Source of the DNA: a virus
Taxonomy: Duplodnaviria; Caudoviricetes
Strand: one strand, 5' to 3'
DNA: 64,000 bases
Virus record (IMG/VR): IMGVR_UViG_3300021442_000250
Coordinates: 24,031-88,030 of that record
The translations under genes and the position numbers were made by a program. The notes below the pieces were generated by a model. It had not been told where the DNA came from. It did no database searches and was given only the letters and a program-made list of their open reading frames with translations. This document shows, one piece after another, positions 40,960 to 51,233 of this stretch (the stretch's first letter is position 1; each line of letters begins with the position of its first letter).

Positions 40960-42108
40960 ATGGCAAATTTACTAAACGGATTTTTGGATAACTTAAAAAG
41001 CGGTGTCCTGTCACCAAAAGGTAATCTTGGTGATTTCGCTCACGCGGCTAGATTATATGTAGACGATAGTTTTAGACTTGCTCCAAAAGTAAAATTTTTA
41101 TATCACGTAACATTTAATTTAAATAAGAATATTCCAATAGCAAATCCTCCAATATGGAAACACGGAACAGAATTGAATATGTTAGTAAAAGGTGTTGAAT
41201 TACCTAAATATTCTATTGATACAGACACAGTTTTTGCATATAATAAAAAAAGAAAAATTCACAAAAAAATTCAATATGATCCTATAAACGTTGTATTCCA
41301 TGATGACAATTATGGTGTAACAACTGCATTATGGGAATGCTATTTTAGATATTATTTTAAAGATGGTAATTATGGAGCTCTTAATACTATGGGGCATCCT
41401 GATGCAGGTATACCTAGAGAATTTAATAGAACACAAGGAGGTCCATTTAATAGAGGAAATTCTTATTTGTCATCCACACATAATAGATATAGATTTGGTT
41501 TAGATGCAGGATCTTATGAACCATTTTTTCATAGTATTCAAATATATCAAATGGCTAGAAAAACATTTACTTGTTTTACATTAGTTAATCCTATAATTTC
41601 TAGTTGGACACATGATTCACTTCAAAATGGAGAATCAGGTCCATTAACAAATATGATGGGCATAGAATATGAAACTGTATTTTATAGCAGAGGTAAAGTA
41701 GTTCAAGGTAGTGCACCTAAAGGATTTGCTTTAGAACATTACGATAAAACTCCAAGTCCTAATTCATTAAGTGGTGGCGGAACTACAAGTGTATTTGGTC
41801 AAGGAGGAATATTAAGTGGATTATTTAATGACGGTACAGGACCTAACACATACATAGGCAGTCAATTAGGTGCAGGTGGAGGTAAAATGACTTTAGGAAC
41901 TATTATAAGAACTGCTAATAGAATTAAAAATGCTAAAAATTTATCTAAAGGTGGATTAATGCAAGAAGGTTTTAATATACTAACAGGTGCAATTGGAAAA
42001 ATAGGTGGTACATCTGATTCTTCTTATGGTGTTGCTAATACTGTTATTGGTAGATCAGTACAAAATGTTAGAGGTGGAATAGTTAAAGCAATTAAAGGAT
42101 TAAAATAA
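40960..42108 (+). CDS. Tail-tube-like protein (gp48/gp54-type tube initiator)
   Basis: PKVKFLYHV.F, VKGVELPKY, YNKKR, YDPINVVFHDD tube-fold motifs; follows tube gene. Confidence 0.6.
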   Translation: MANLLNGFLDNLKSGVLSPKGNLGDFAHAARLYVDDSFRLAPKVKFLYHVTFNLNKNIPIANPPIWKHGTELNMLVKGVELPKYSIDTDTVFAYNKKRKIHKKIQYDPINVVFHDDNYGVTTALWECYFRYYFKDGNYGALNTMGHPDAGIPREFNRTQGGPFNRGNSYLSSTHNRYRFGLDAGSYEPFFHSIQIYQMARKTFTCFTLVNPIISSWTHDSLQNGESGPLTNMMGIEYETVFYSRGKVVQGSAPKGFALEHYDKTPSPNSLSGGGTTSVFGQGGILSGLFNDGTGPNTYIGSQLGAGGGKMTLGTIIRTANRIKNAKNLSKGGLMQEGFNILTGAIGKIGGTSDSSYGVANTVIGRSVQNVRGGIVKAIKGLK

Positions 42109-42109
42109 T

Positions 42110-42478
42110 ATGTCACAAAATATACCAAGTACTACTGAAAATAATTCAGAAACTTCAGTAAAACAATTTTTTAATAAATTTTTTACAGAGACTATAACAT
42201 TTCCTAGTAATCAAGTAGATGCAGTTGTAGGATTTTTTGAATCTAAAGGATTTGATAAAGTTGCTAGTATAAGCACAGCTACAATTTTATTGCAACAAGC
42301 AAAAATAGATAATGTAAATGTATTTCAATTAATTGATACATTAAAAGGATTAGAAACAGCTAGATTAAGTTACATGGTAACAGAAGTATTAAATCATAAT
42401 AGATCAAAAATTTCATCTTTAGGTTATAAAATAACCGATTCAAACGAGGCCACTCAAAAAAGAAATATAGTGGTATAG
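42110..42478 (+). CDS. Hypothetical protein
   Basis: Tightly packed ORF in structural operon. Confidence 0.6.
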   Translation: MSQNIPSTTENNSETSVKQFFNKFFTETITFPSNQVDAVVGFFESKGFDKVASISTATILLQQAKIDNVNVFQLIDTLKGLETARLSYMVTEVLNHNRSKISSLGYKITDSNEATQKRNIVV

Positions 42479-42481
42479 TCC

Positions 42482-42919
42482 ATGAAGCGTTATCTAAGTG
42501 GCAAATTCAATCCTAAAAATCCTGGCAAATACATAGGTAATAGATCTCCTTTATATAGATCAAGTTGGGAATTCGCTTTCATGAGATTCTGTGATGAAAG
42601 TCCTAGTATTAGTAAATGGGCCAATGAAGCAATTAAAATTCCTTACAAACACCCTTTCACAGGAAAGTTTTCAATTTATGTTCCTGATTTCTTTATAGCA
42701 TACACAGATAAAAAAGGAAAAAGCCACGCAGAAGTTATAGAAATTAAACCTGAAAATCAAACTAAAAAAGAAAGTTTAGGTGAAAGCAAAGCTAATAAAA
42801 TACACTATGTCATCAATCAAGCCAAATGGCATTCCGCTATAGCATGGTGTAAAAACAAAGGTTTTAGATTTAGAGTTGTTAATGAGAAAGACCTTTTCCA
42901 TACTGGAAGACGCGGATAA
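42482..42919 (+). CDS. Head completion nuclease, T4 gp4-like (TnsA-like)
   Basis: GKFNPKNPGKYIG, YRSSWE, IPY, YVPDF, EIKP, NQAKW..A..WC. Confidence 0.9.
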   Translation: MKRYLSGKFNPKNPGKYIGNRSPLYRSSWEFAFMRFCDESPSISKWANEAIKIPYKHPFTGKFSIYVPDFFIAYTDKKGKSHAEVIEIKPENQTKKESLGESKANKIHYVINQAKWHSAIAWCKNKGFRFRVVNEKDLFHTGRRG

Positions 42920-42949
42920 AATTCTAAATAAATATAGTAACATATAATT

Positions 42950-43459
42950 ATGACCAAAAAATTAGAAGAATTATTGGATTTGCCTGAATCTAAAGAAATA
43001 GTAGATGAAGAAAAAGCTAAAGAAGAAGAAAAAGCTGACATTAAAAAAGTAAAAATTGAAGACCACGAATCTACTAAAAGGAACATAGCAGAATTAGACA
43101 AAATAACATCCGCTTTACCTCAAGTAAAAGGACTAGGAGATATGACTGATACAGAGGTAAATGATATTAGTTCTAGAGCCATTGATGCATATGAAGATTT
43201 AATGGACTTAGGTATGAACGTAGAAAGTAGATATTCCTCTAGAGTATTTGAAGTAGCAGGACAAATGCTTAAAACAGCCCTAGATGCCAGGGTAGCTAAA
43301 ATAGATAAGAAGCTTAAAATGGTTGATTTACAGTTAAAGAAACAAAAACAAGACTCTAAACAGGGTGTTGATGACACTACTAACATAGTACAGGGCGAAG
43401 GATATGTCATTACTGACCGGAACAGTTTACTCGAGAAGTTGAAGAAACTGGCTAAATAA
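42950..43459 (+). CDS. Probable terminase small subunit
   Basis: Helical protein with R.FEVAGQMLKT and C-terminal DRNSLL..L, resembling gp16; upstream of large terminase. Confidence 0.5.
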   Translation: MTKKLEELLDLPESKEIVDEEKAKEEEKADIKKVKIEDHESTKRNIAELDKITSALPQVKGLGDMTDTEVNDISSRAIDAYEDLMDLGMNVESRYSSRVFEVAGQMLKTALDARVAKIDKKLKMVDLQLKKQKQDSKQGVDDTTNIVQGEGYVITDRNSLLEKLKKLAK

Positions 43460-43464
43460 TGCAT

Positions 43465-44013
43465 ATGAGCAAAAGTTTTAAAGAATATCTAGCTGAAAGT
43501 AAAAGAACTTACAATTTTAAAGTAGGTCTAGCAGGTGATCTTGCAGAAGGTACTGTTGACAAACTTGAATCAGCTATGCAGAAATACAGTGTAGTTAAAA
43601 TGAGTAATGGCAAAAAAACGCCTATTCAGAAAAAAGCATTAGATTTTCCTGCATTAGAAAATACAGAAGTTACATATTTTGATATTGAAGTTGAATATCC
43701 AACAACTACTTCTGTACTTGAAGAATATTTAAAACATACATTAGGTTTAGCTGAAAATCATATAGTAGTTAGAAAACCTGGTGACCCTTTAGTTGCTCAA
43801 CAAGAAGAGCCAAAAGCAGGTGACGGAAAAGCTAATTTAGAAAGTGAATATCCTAAAGCTGATCCTAAAGCACAACAAACAGTAGGCAGTTCTAGAGTAA
43901 TGGAATTACTTAAAGATTTAGAAAAAGCTAGAAAAGAAAGACCTAAAGAAGACGCGGCGGATGCCATTAAAGATATTAAGGCTCCTAAAGATGCAAAGAT
44001 AATGGAGAGATAA
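43465..44013 (+). CDS. Putative head-internal/scaffold-type protein
   Basis: N-terminal MSKSFKEYLAE resembles the T4 capsid-targeting sequence; late promoter at 43451. Confidence 0.45.
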   Translation: MSKSFKEYLAESKRTYNFKVGLAGDLAEGTVDKLESAMQKYSVVKMSNGKKTPIQKKALDFPALENTEVTYFDIEVEYPTTTSVLEEYLKHTLGLAENHIVVRKPGDPLVAQQEEPKAGDGKANLESEYPKADPKAQQTVGSSRVMELLKDLEKARKERPKEDAADAIKDIKAPKDAKIMER

Positions 44014-44016
44014 AAA

Positions 44017-44487
44017 ATGGATATTAGAGATTTTATAGGTAAAGTAAACAAGATTCAAAGCAAAGAAGAAAACAGAAAAGAAGCTAATAAAGAAACGATA
44101 AAAGAGTCAGTTCAGTTTTCTATGGTTGGTGACAATCTTGGTGACATTCAAAACTTTTTACAAATTTTTAAAAACGCAGGAGTAGAAGCACCAAAAATGG
44201 ATGCCGCTACTACTACACAAGACGTAGAAGATATAGTTCAACCTGAAACAGATGCTACTGAAGATAAAATTCCAGGAGATAATGAAACTAATTCACCTCA
44301 TCCAGAAGTTAAAGATACAAACTTTATGACAAAGGATATCGCAGGTGGTATTAATAAAGCTAAAAAGACTTATCCAAAAGTTTCATCTGGAGACAATCCA
44401 ATGGCTATGGAACAAGAAACTGTTGATTTTGTTGCAAAAGTTAAAGAAGATATAGCAAGTCAATACAAAGAATACAAAGCAAAGTAG
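44017..44487 (+). CDS. Acidic hypothetical protein (possibly head-associated)
   Basis: GGAG Shine-Dalgarno; GGINKAKK..P....GDNPM motif. Confidence 0.5.
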   Translation: MDIRDFIGKVNKIQSKEENRKEANKETIKESVQFSMVGDNLGDIQNFLQIFKNAGVEAPKMDAATTTQDVEDIVQPETDATEDKIPGDNETNSPHPEVKDTNFMTKDIAGGINKAKKTYPKVSSGDNPMAMEQETVDFVAKVKEDIASQYKEYKAK

Positions 44488-44532
44488 TTTTCAAAACATA
44501 TTCCACCCCCCAGTTTACTACTAAATATTAGT

Positions 44533-46125
44533 ATGTCAATGAAAAGTTTAGATGGTGTATTAACCAAAAAAGCACACCTTAAGGAAAAATTTACAGAAAA
44601 ACAACTAGCAGATCTCACTGAATGTACAGATCCAGAGCAAGGGTTTAGACATTTTGCTAAAAATTATTTTCATATTCAACATCCAGTAAAAGGTAAATTA
44701 CTATTCGTACCTTATGAATACCAAGATAGACTTTTAACAAGTTATCATAATTTTAGATTTAATATTAATATGCTACCGCGACAAAGTGGTAAAACTACTT
44801 CAGCCGCTTGTTATCTATTGTGGTATGCTATGTTTCATCCAGATCAAGTTATATTAATAGCCGCACATAAATTTGCAGGCGCTCAAGAAATTATGCAACG
44901 TATTCGTTATGGATATGAATTATGTCCTGATCATATTAGAGCAGGTGTAATAAATTATAACAAAGGTTCTATGGAATTTGAAAATGGAAGTAGAATAGTT
45001 AGCACAACAACAACTACAAATACTGGAAGAGGTATGGCAATATCATTATTATATTGTGATGAGTTTGCTTTCGTAAATGCCAATATAGCTAGAGAATTTT
45101 GGACTTCTATTTCACCAACATTAGCAACAGGAGGTAAAGCAATAGTTACATCAACTCCTAATTCAGATGAAGATATGTTTGCAACTTTATGGAAACAATC
45201 TCAAGATAAATTTGATGAACATGGTAATGAAGCAGAACTTGGGGCAAATGGTTTTCATGGTTATACTTGTATGTGGAATGAACATCCGGATCGTGATGAA
45301 GAATGGAAACAACAAGAATTAGTTAGAATAGGAGAAGAAAGATTTAGACGAGAATATGGTTGTGAATTTTTAGTTTATGAAGAAACTTTAATTAATAGTA
45401 TTTTCTTATCAACGTTAGAAGGAAAAGAACCTATATTGAATATGGGACAAACACGTTGGTATGAAAAAATTAATTCAGAAAGTATTTACGTAATAGCATT
45501 AGATCCTGCAATGGGTACCGGTGGTGACAATGCCGCAATCCAAGTTTATGAATTACCTAGTTACAAACAAGTCGGCGAATGGAAACATAATATGACTGGT
45601 ATACCACAACAAGTTAGAATTCTAAAAGACATTTCAACTTATATAAAAGATGAATCAAGAAATCCTAATGGTTCAAATATATATTGGAGTGTAGAAAATA
45701 ATACAATAGGAGAGTCAGCATTGTTAGTAATTCAAGACTTTGGTGAGGACACTATACCTGGTATGTTTGTAAATGAGCCTATTAGAAAAGGTCATATTAG
45801 AAAATTTAGAAAAGGATTTAATACAACACACAAAACTAAAATAAGTGCCTGTGCAAGATTAAAATCTATGATAGAAAGAAACAAAATGACAGTTCATAGT
45901 AAACCACTAATTAGTGAACTTAAATCTTATATAGCATCAGGTTCCTCTTATAGAGCTAAAACGGGTGAACATGATGACCTAGTTAGTGCATCTTTATTAG
46001 CTATGAGAATTATACAAGTATTAAAGGATTGGGATCCTAAAGTATATACGTCATTTAGCCAGGCAGACGAGGATACAACAGAAAGAGTTATACCACTGCC
46101 GGTGTTCGCAAGTTACACAGGTTGA
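44533..46125 (+). CDS. Terminase large subunit (T4 gp17-like)
   Basis: YEYQ Q-motif, PRQSGKTT Walker A, LLYCDEFAF Walker B, STPN, FRREYGCEF, ALDPAMG, HDDLV. Confidence 0.95.
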   Translation: MSMKSLDGVLTKKAHLKEKFTEKQLADLTECTDPEQGFRHFAKNYFHIQHPVKGKLLFVPYEYQDRLLTSYHNFRFNINMLPRQSGKTTSAACYLLWYAMFHPDQVILIAAHKFAGAQEIMQRIRYGYELCPDHIRAGVINYNKGSMEFENGSRIVSTTTTTNTGRGMAISLLYCDEFAFVNANIAREFWTSISPTLATGGKAIVTSTPNSDEDMFATLWKQSQDKFDEHGNEAELGANGFHGYTCMWNEHPDRDEEWKQQELVRIGEERFRREYGCEFLVYEETLINSIFLSTLEGKEPILNMGQTRWYEKINSESIYVIALDPAMGTGGDNAAIQVYELPSYKQVGEWKHNMTGIPQQVRILKDISTYIKDESRNPNGSNIYWSVENNTIGESALLVIQDFGEDTIPGMFVNEPIRKGHIRKFRKGFNTTHKTKISACARLKSMIERNKMTVHSKPLISELKSYIASGSSYRAKTGEHDDLVSASLLAMRIIQVLKDWDPKVYTSFSQADEDTTERVIPLPVFASYTG

Positions 46126-46139
46126 TAAATACAAGATAT

Positions 46140-48221
46140 ATGAATACAAAAGTAGTTGCAAACGATTTATTCAATAAAATTAGGGGACGATTTCCATCTG
46201 TCACTTTGGGCAATGATGCGGGAGAAGTTACTAATAACCCCGAAGAAGCACGTTATTTTGACTTCGATTTTAAGGAGGACGGAAAGCAACTAGGAAAGGT
46301 AAGTATTAGTATAGACGACAAAGATGGTCTAGTAGTACTACATAATACGGATTTTATAGAAAATGCCGATAGTGGAGTAAAGCATAAGTGGTTTGAGTTT
46401 CTTAAAGAACTAAGAACCTTTGCTAAAGCAAGAATGCTTAATTTTGATACAAGGGATATTACTAAAAGTAACCTTGAAAAAAGAGACTATCAGTTTTTGA
46501 GTCAAACACGGAGAGATGGCAAGGAAAATAATATGAGTGAGTCTAATATATACGGAACTACAAAAACTAGTTTTCAACCTATTGGAAATGCACGTTTAGT
46601 TATTAAACATTCTGCTCCAATAGATATGACAGTTGGTGGTGGTAGATCTCGAAGAATAGAATCTTTATTCATTGAAAGTCCTACAGGAGAAAGATTTAGA
46701 TATCCCCTTAAACATCTTAATGGTGCGAGAGCAATGGCACAACATATTTCAAATGGCGGTGTTCCTTATGATGATTTTGGGAAACACATAGCAGGATTAA
46801 GTGAAGAACTTTCAAAATTAAAACAATTTAAAACATATATTAATCGTTCAGCTGTAATGGCAGAAGGTCTTAAAGGTTATCTATCTATTGTAGATGAAAG
46901 AGTAGAAGAAATTAAAAGTACCTGCCAAAAATTACAAAAAAATTCATATTATTCAGAAGCAATTAAAGATTACAAAACAACAGAAATTAAAGAAGTACCA
47001 GAAGAAATTAAACAAAATTGGGTAGACGAATTAACAATTAAAACTTTTAAAGAAGAATTAAAAGATGTATTTCCTTACATTTATAATTTAGTTTCAGAAA
47101 AAACATCATCTACAGAAGTTACGCCAGAAGATTTTGAAGAAGCAGGAGGCTTTCAAGGAGAAACAGAACCTCATATGCTTCAGTATGATTTAGCAGGTGA
47201 CTACGATAGAGAAAGAGGCGTATCAGATCAAGACGCTGAAGCAATTAAAGCCAAATTAGCAGACGCTGGTATTACAGCAGAAGTACATCCAGATGAAATG
47301 CGTTATAATGGAGTTCATATTCATACATTATCATCTGCAGAAGAAGTAGAAAAAGTTTTAGGTGATATGATTGAACATATTGCTGACATAGGAGATTTTG
47401 ATCAAGCATTAGATTCTATTGTGGGCGAAGCAGAAAATGGTTTATTTTCATCTGATCCTGAAGAAGCTAAACAATCATTATCAACATTAAATAATTTAAT
47501 GGACAAACATTTCCCTGCAGGAGTAAATGGTGTTAATGGTTTAGAAAGTTTACAAGGTATTATCGACGATAAAGAATTAAACGATCAAATAGTGTCAATG
47601 GGTAAAGAAGATAGTGATACTTGTATAAGAGGTACAATAATGAATTATATTAAAAGCAAAAGACCAGATTTAGCTCAAAGTATTAATGTAGGCGATATGA
47701 GACCAGAAGGAGAAACATTAACTTGGGAAAATATTAAACCTTATGTATCTGTACAAAGAGACGCCGATAATAAAGTTCAATATCATGTATTAGACAAAGA
47801 TGAAAAAGACATATTTGTAACACATGATTCTAAAGAAGCAACACAATTTTTAAGAAACAATTTTAATGACTTAAGAAAAGGTACAGCAAAACCAGAAATG
47901 CCAGCAGGTTGGGAAGATGATTCCGGTAATGTTTCTATAATGAAAGGACCAGATGGCAAAATTAGTTTAGAACCAAAGAGTGATGGTCCAGGAAAAGAAG
48001 AAGAACCAAAACTTGATGATCCAAAAAATTTAGATGAATTTATTAAAAGCCATTTTGATTATACAACTAACAATTTTCCAAAAGGTGAAACAGGTCTTTT
48101 AACAGCAGTTGAAAAAAGATTTGGTGAAAAACACGTAAGAACTGCTGAAGCTATTATCCAAAAATTAATGACGGGCCAAGATAGAGAAATTAATAGAATA
48201 AAAAAATTGGCTGGCGTTTAA
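46140..48221 (+). CDS. Large acidic hypothetical protein (late gene)
   Basis: Long ORF; ATG at 46140 follows late promoter at 46124; ends RIKKLAGV. Confidence 0.6.
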   Translation: MNTKVVANDLFNKIRGRFPSVTLGNDAGEVTNNPEEARYFDFDFKEDGKQLGKVSISIDDKDGLVVLHNTDFIENADSGVKHKWFEFLKELRTFAKARMLNFDTRDITKSNLEKRDYQFLSQTRRDGKENNMSESNIYGTTKTSFQPIGNARLVIKHSAPIDMTVGGGRSRRIESLFIESPTGERFRYPLKHLNGARAMAQHISNGGVPYDDFGKHIAGLSEELSKLKQFKTYINRSAVMAEGLKGYLSIVDERVEEIKSTCQKLQKNSYYSEAIKDYKTTEIKEVPEEIKQNWVDELTIKTFKEELKDVFPYIYNLVSEKTSSTEVTPEDFEEAGGFQGETEPHMLQYDLAGDYDRERGVSDQDAEAIKAKLADAGITAEVHPDEMRYNGVHIHTLSSAEEVEKVLGDMIEHIADIGDFDQALDSIVGEAENGLFSSDPEEAKQSLSTLNNLMDKHFPAGVNGVNGLESLQGIIDDKELNDQIVSMGKEDSDTCIRGTIMNYIKSKRPDLAQSINVGDMRPEGETLTWENIKPYVSVQRDADNKVQYHVLDKDEKDIFVTHDSKEATQFLRNNFNDLRKGTAKPEMPAGWEDDSGNVSIMKGPDGKISLEPKSDGPGKEEEPKLDDPKNLDEFIKSHFDYTTNNFPKGETGLLTAVEKRFGEKHVRTAEAIIQKLMTGQDREINRIKKLAGV

Positions 48222-48248
48222 TCCTAAAATATTATCCAAAAAAAATAC

Positions 48249-48305
48249 TTGACTAAATAACAATGTTAATATAGTATTGACATTATGCTTGTCTTATGCT
48301 ACATT
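48249..48305 (+). promoter_or_regulatory. Tandem sigma70 promoters plus nested late motif upstream of ssb
   Basis: TTGACT-17-TAGTAT (48249-48277), TTGACA-17-TACATT with extended TG (48277-48305), ACTAAATA at 48252. Confidence 0.7.
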
Positions 48306-48352
48306 AACAATAAGGCACAATTAACAAAGGCTAAAAATAGGAGGCTTATATT

Positions 48353-49300
48353 ATGGCAACATTAGCAGACATTCGTGCAAAACTTAAAGAACAAGAAGCA
48401 CGACAAGGCGGCGGAAGCCGATCAGGCGGAGACAACGCCATTTTTCCATTTTGGAATCTGAAAGAAGGAGAGCAGGCAACTGTTCGTTTCTTGCCGGATG
48501 GAAATAAAGAAAACACTTTTTTCTGGAAGGAACGTTTAATGATTAAACTACCTTTCCAAGGTATTAAAAGTGATACAGACTCTAAACCGATACAGGTTCA
48601 AGTTCCATGTATGGAAATGTATGGAGAAACTTGTCCTATACTATCAGAGGTTAGAGGATGGTTTAAAGATCCCAAGTTAGAGGATATGGGAAGAAAATAT
48701 TGGAAGAAAAGATCTTATATCTTTCAAGGTTTTGTTGGAACAAATCCTTTAAATGAGGAAACTACACCAGAAAATCCAATTAGAAGATTTATAATTGGAC
48801 CACAAATTTTCCAAATTATCAAAGGTGCATTAATGGACCCAGACATGGAAGATTTGCCAACGGATTCAGTAAACGGTGTTGATTTTAGAATAATCAAAAC
48901 TAGCAAAGGTGGCTATGCAGATTATTCAACTTCGACTTGGTCAAGAAAATCAAGACCACTTTCTGAAGAAGAAACTAAAGCAGTTGAACAACATAGTTTG
49001 TGGAACTTGAGCGACTTTCTTCCAAAGAAACCATCTGAAGTAGACGTTAAAGTAATCAAAGAAATGTTTGAAGCATCTGTGGATGGCGAAGCATATGACC
49101 AAGAAAAATATGGTCAATACTTTAGACCAGCAGGTATTGGTGCAAGAACAGGTGATCCAGTAGCAACGCCAAAAGCGTCTACACCGGCTCCTAAAAAGGA
49201 TACGGTTCAGGAAACGCCAAAGTCTAATGCTGATACTACTAAACAGAATAGTAAAGCTGAAGACATTTTAGCGATGATTAGAGCAAGACAACAAAAGTAA
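48353..49300 (+). CDS. Single-stranded DNA-binding protein (T4 gp32-like)
   Basis: VRFLPDG, VPCMEMYGETCP, YWKKRSY, GVDFRI.K, GYADYSTS; upstream of uvsX. Confidence 0.85.
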   Translation: MATLADIRAKLKEQEARQGGGSRSGGDNAIFPFWNLKEGEQATVRFLPDGNKENTFFWKERLMIKLPFQGIKSDTDSKPIQVQVPCMEMYGETCPILSEVRGWFKDPKLEDMGRKYWKKRSYIFQGFVGTNPLNEETTPENPIRRFIIGPQIFQIIKGALMDPDMEDLPTDSVNGVDFRIIKTSKGGYADYSTSTWSRKSRPLSEEETKAVEQHSLWNLSDFLPKKPSEVDVKVIKEMFEASVDGEAYDQEKYGQYFRPAGIGARTGDPVATPKASTPAPKKDTVQETPKSNADTTKQNSKAEDILAMIRARQQK

Positions 49301-49309
49301 CTTAATTAA

Positions 49310-49336
49310 TATGGTGGGGATTAATTCCCCACTATA
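49310..49336 (+). terminator. GC-rich hairpin after ssb (terminator or mRNA stabiliser)
   Basis: TATGGTGGGGA-TTAAT-TCCCCACTATA; no clear U-tract. Confidence 0.55.
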
Positions 49337-49343
49337 CAATATT

Positions 49344-49442
49344 ATGAAAAAAGAAATTAAAAAGATAATAGACTGGATATTATACAAACAAATACCTGCT
49401 TGGATATTGTTATTAGTAATAATAATCTGGATCTTAATATAG
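49344..49442 (+). CDS. 32-aa single-pass membrane peptide (MKKEIKKIIDWILYKQIPAWILLLVIIIWILI), not in ORF track
   Basis: Hand translation; basic N-terminus and hydrophobic C-terminus; fills ssb-uvsX gap. Confidence 0.6.
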   Translation: MKKEIKKIIDWILYKQIPAWILLLVIIIWILI

Positions 49443-49450
49443 GATAAAAA

Positions 49451-50515
49451 ATGGCAAATAAGGCGTTTGACGTATCAAAATTCAGAAAAAGTATTACAAA
49501 AAACATTCAAGGATTAGGCATAGGGTTCAACGATCCAACAGATTGGATAAGCACAGGAAACTATGCGTTAAATTATTTAACAAGCGGTGATTTTAACAGA
49601 GGTATACCTTTAGGAAAAGTAACAGTATTAGCAGGTGAACCACAAGCAGGAAAATCTTATATAGCATCAGGTAACATTATTAAGTCAGCACAAGAACAAG
49701 GAATTTTTGTAATTTTAATAGATTCAGAAAATGCTTTAGATGAAAAATGGCTACAAGCACTTAACGTAGATACAGATGATAAGAAACTTTTAAAATTAAG
49801 TTTATCCATGATAGATGATGTAGCAAAAACTATATCAACATTTATGAAAGATTACAAAGAACAATATGCAGAAAATAAAATAGATGCACCAAAAATTTTA
49901 TTTGTAGTAGATAGTTTAGGTATGTTATTAACACCCACTGACGTTGATCAATTTGAAAGGGGTGATATGAAAGGTGATTTAGGTAGAAAAGCAAAATCTT
50001 TAACAGCACTTGTAAGAAATTGTGTTAATATGTTTGGTAGTTGGAATGTAGGACTTGTTGCAACAAATCATACTTACGCATCACAAGATATGTTTGATCC
50101 CGATGATAAAATATCAGGCGGACAAGGATTTGTATATGCATCATCTATTGTAATAGCAATGAAAAAATTAAAGTTAAAAGAAGATGAAGACGGTAATAAA
50201 ATAACAGATGTACGTGGTATTAGAGCGGCTTGTAAAGTTATGAAAACAAGATTTGCAAAACCGTTTGAGTCGGTACAAGTTAAAATTCCATATGATACAG
50301 GCATGGATCCATATAGTGGATTAGTAGACTTATTTGAGAAAAAAGGTATTTTAGTCAAATCGGGTAATAGATTAAAGTACGTCGGACCTGACGGAAAAGA
50401 GCACTTAGATTATAGAAAAGCATGGACCGGAGATAAATTAAAGATGTTAATGGATGATTTTGACCAGATGCAAGATAATCCAACAGCAAAAGAAATTGAA
50501 GAAGAAACGGAGTAA
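49451..50515 (+). CDS. uvsX: RecA-like recombinase UvsX
   Basis: WISTGNYALN, GEPQAGKS P-loop, IDSENAL, VVDSLG, NHTY, SGGQGFVYASS, KTRF. Confidence 0.93.
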   Translation: MANKAFDVSKFRKSITKNIQGLGIGFNDPTDWISTGNYALNYLTSGDFNRGIPLGKVTVLAGEPQAGKSYIASGNIIKSAQEQGIFVILIDSENALDEKWLQALNVDTDDKKLLKLSLSMIDDVAKTISTFMKDYKEQYAENKIDAPKILFVVDSLGMLLTPTDVDQFERGDMKGDLGRKAKSLTALVRNCVNMFGSWNVGLVATNHTYASQDMFDPDDKISGGQGFVYASSIVIAMKKLKLKEDEDGNKITDVRGIRAACKVMKTRFAKPFESVQVKIPYDTGMDPYSGLVDLFEKKGILVKSGNRLKYVGPDGKEHLDYRKAWTGDKLKMLMDDFDQMQDNPTAKEIEEETE

Positions 50516-50518
50516 TCT

Positions 50519-50752
50519 ATGCTAGATTCTAACAAAGTAATAGAACTATGGCAGTTCTTTAAAGAATATCTAGATCAAAAACAAATAGAAGTAATTGCAG
50601 AAAAATACGTTGATTTATTAGCAGACTACGGAGTTTCAGATGTAGAATTACAAGATGCAATAGGTCATGATGATATTTTAGATGATGCAATAAATTATTA
50701 TTTAGATGTAGATAATGAGGATAAACACGACGACGAATTAGAAGATTATTAA
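50519..50752 (+). CDS. Small acidic hypothetical protein
   Basis: ORF between uvsX and uvsY with GGAG Shine-Dalgarno; D/E-rich tail. Confidence 0.65.
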   Translation: MLDSNKVIELWQFFKEYLDQKQIEVIAEKYVDLLADYGVSDVELQDAIGHDDILDDAINYYLDVDNEDKHDDELEDY

Positions 50753-51210
50753 TGTCAAATTGGTATACAAAAATATCTAGAAGTACTGGAGAAATACCTG
50801 AAGCTATTAAGTATTTTGAAACTGAATTACAAAGTGCAAGAACTGAAATAAAAATTAGAGGTAATGTTGAAAAACAATCAGCAGAATTACCTGGTGTAGT
50901 TGAAAATAGATTCCATCAATTACAAGAAATAGAAGCAATATTAGAATACTTAAATATAGAATTAAGAAGATTAAGAAGCAAATTTTTCAAAAAATATTTA
51001 GAAAATTATCAAAGAGCATTGTCTAGTAGAGACGTAGAAAAATACGTAGATGGTGAACCAGACGTTGTTGACTACGAAAAAATTATTAATGAATTTGCAT
51101 TATTGCGTAATAAATGGTTAGCAGTAACCAAAGGATTAGACCAAAAACAGTGGCAAATAACTAATATAGTTAAGTTAAGAGTTGCTGGTATGGAAGACGC
51201 AACCGTTTAA
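50752..51210 (+). CDS. uvsY: Recombination mediator UvsY-like
   Basis: Helical; DVEKYVDGE, KQWQITNIVKLR.AG C-terminus; synteny with uvsX and uvsW. Confidence 0.75.
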   Translation: MSNWYTKISRSTGEIPEAIKYFETELQSARTEIKIRGNVEKQSAELPGVVENRFHQLQEIEAILEYLNIELRRLRSKFFKKYLENYQRALSSRDVEKYVDGEPDVVDYEKIINEFALLRNKWLAVTKGLDQKQWQITNIVKLRVAGMEDATV

Positions 51211-51233
51211 CACCTTCCACCAAACTTCCTCCA

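Noticed and set aside
48290-48320. T4 gene 32-style autoregulatory pseudoknot in the ssb leader
   Set aside because: Only a weak AU/GU stem (TGTCTTAT/ATAAGGCA) overlapping the second promoter; no second stem is evident
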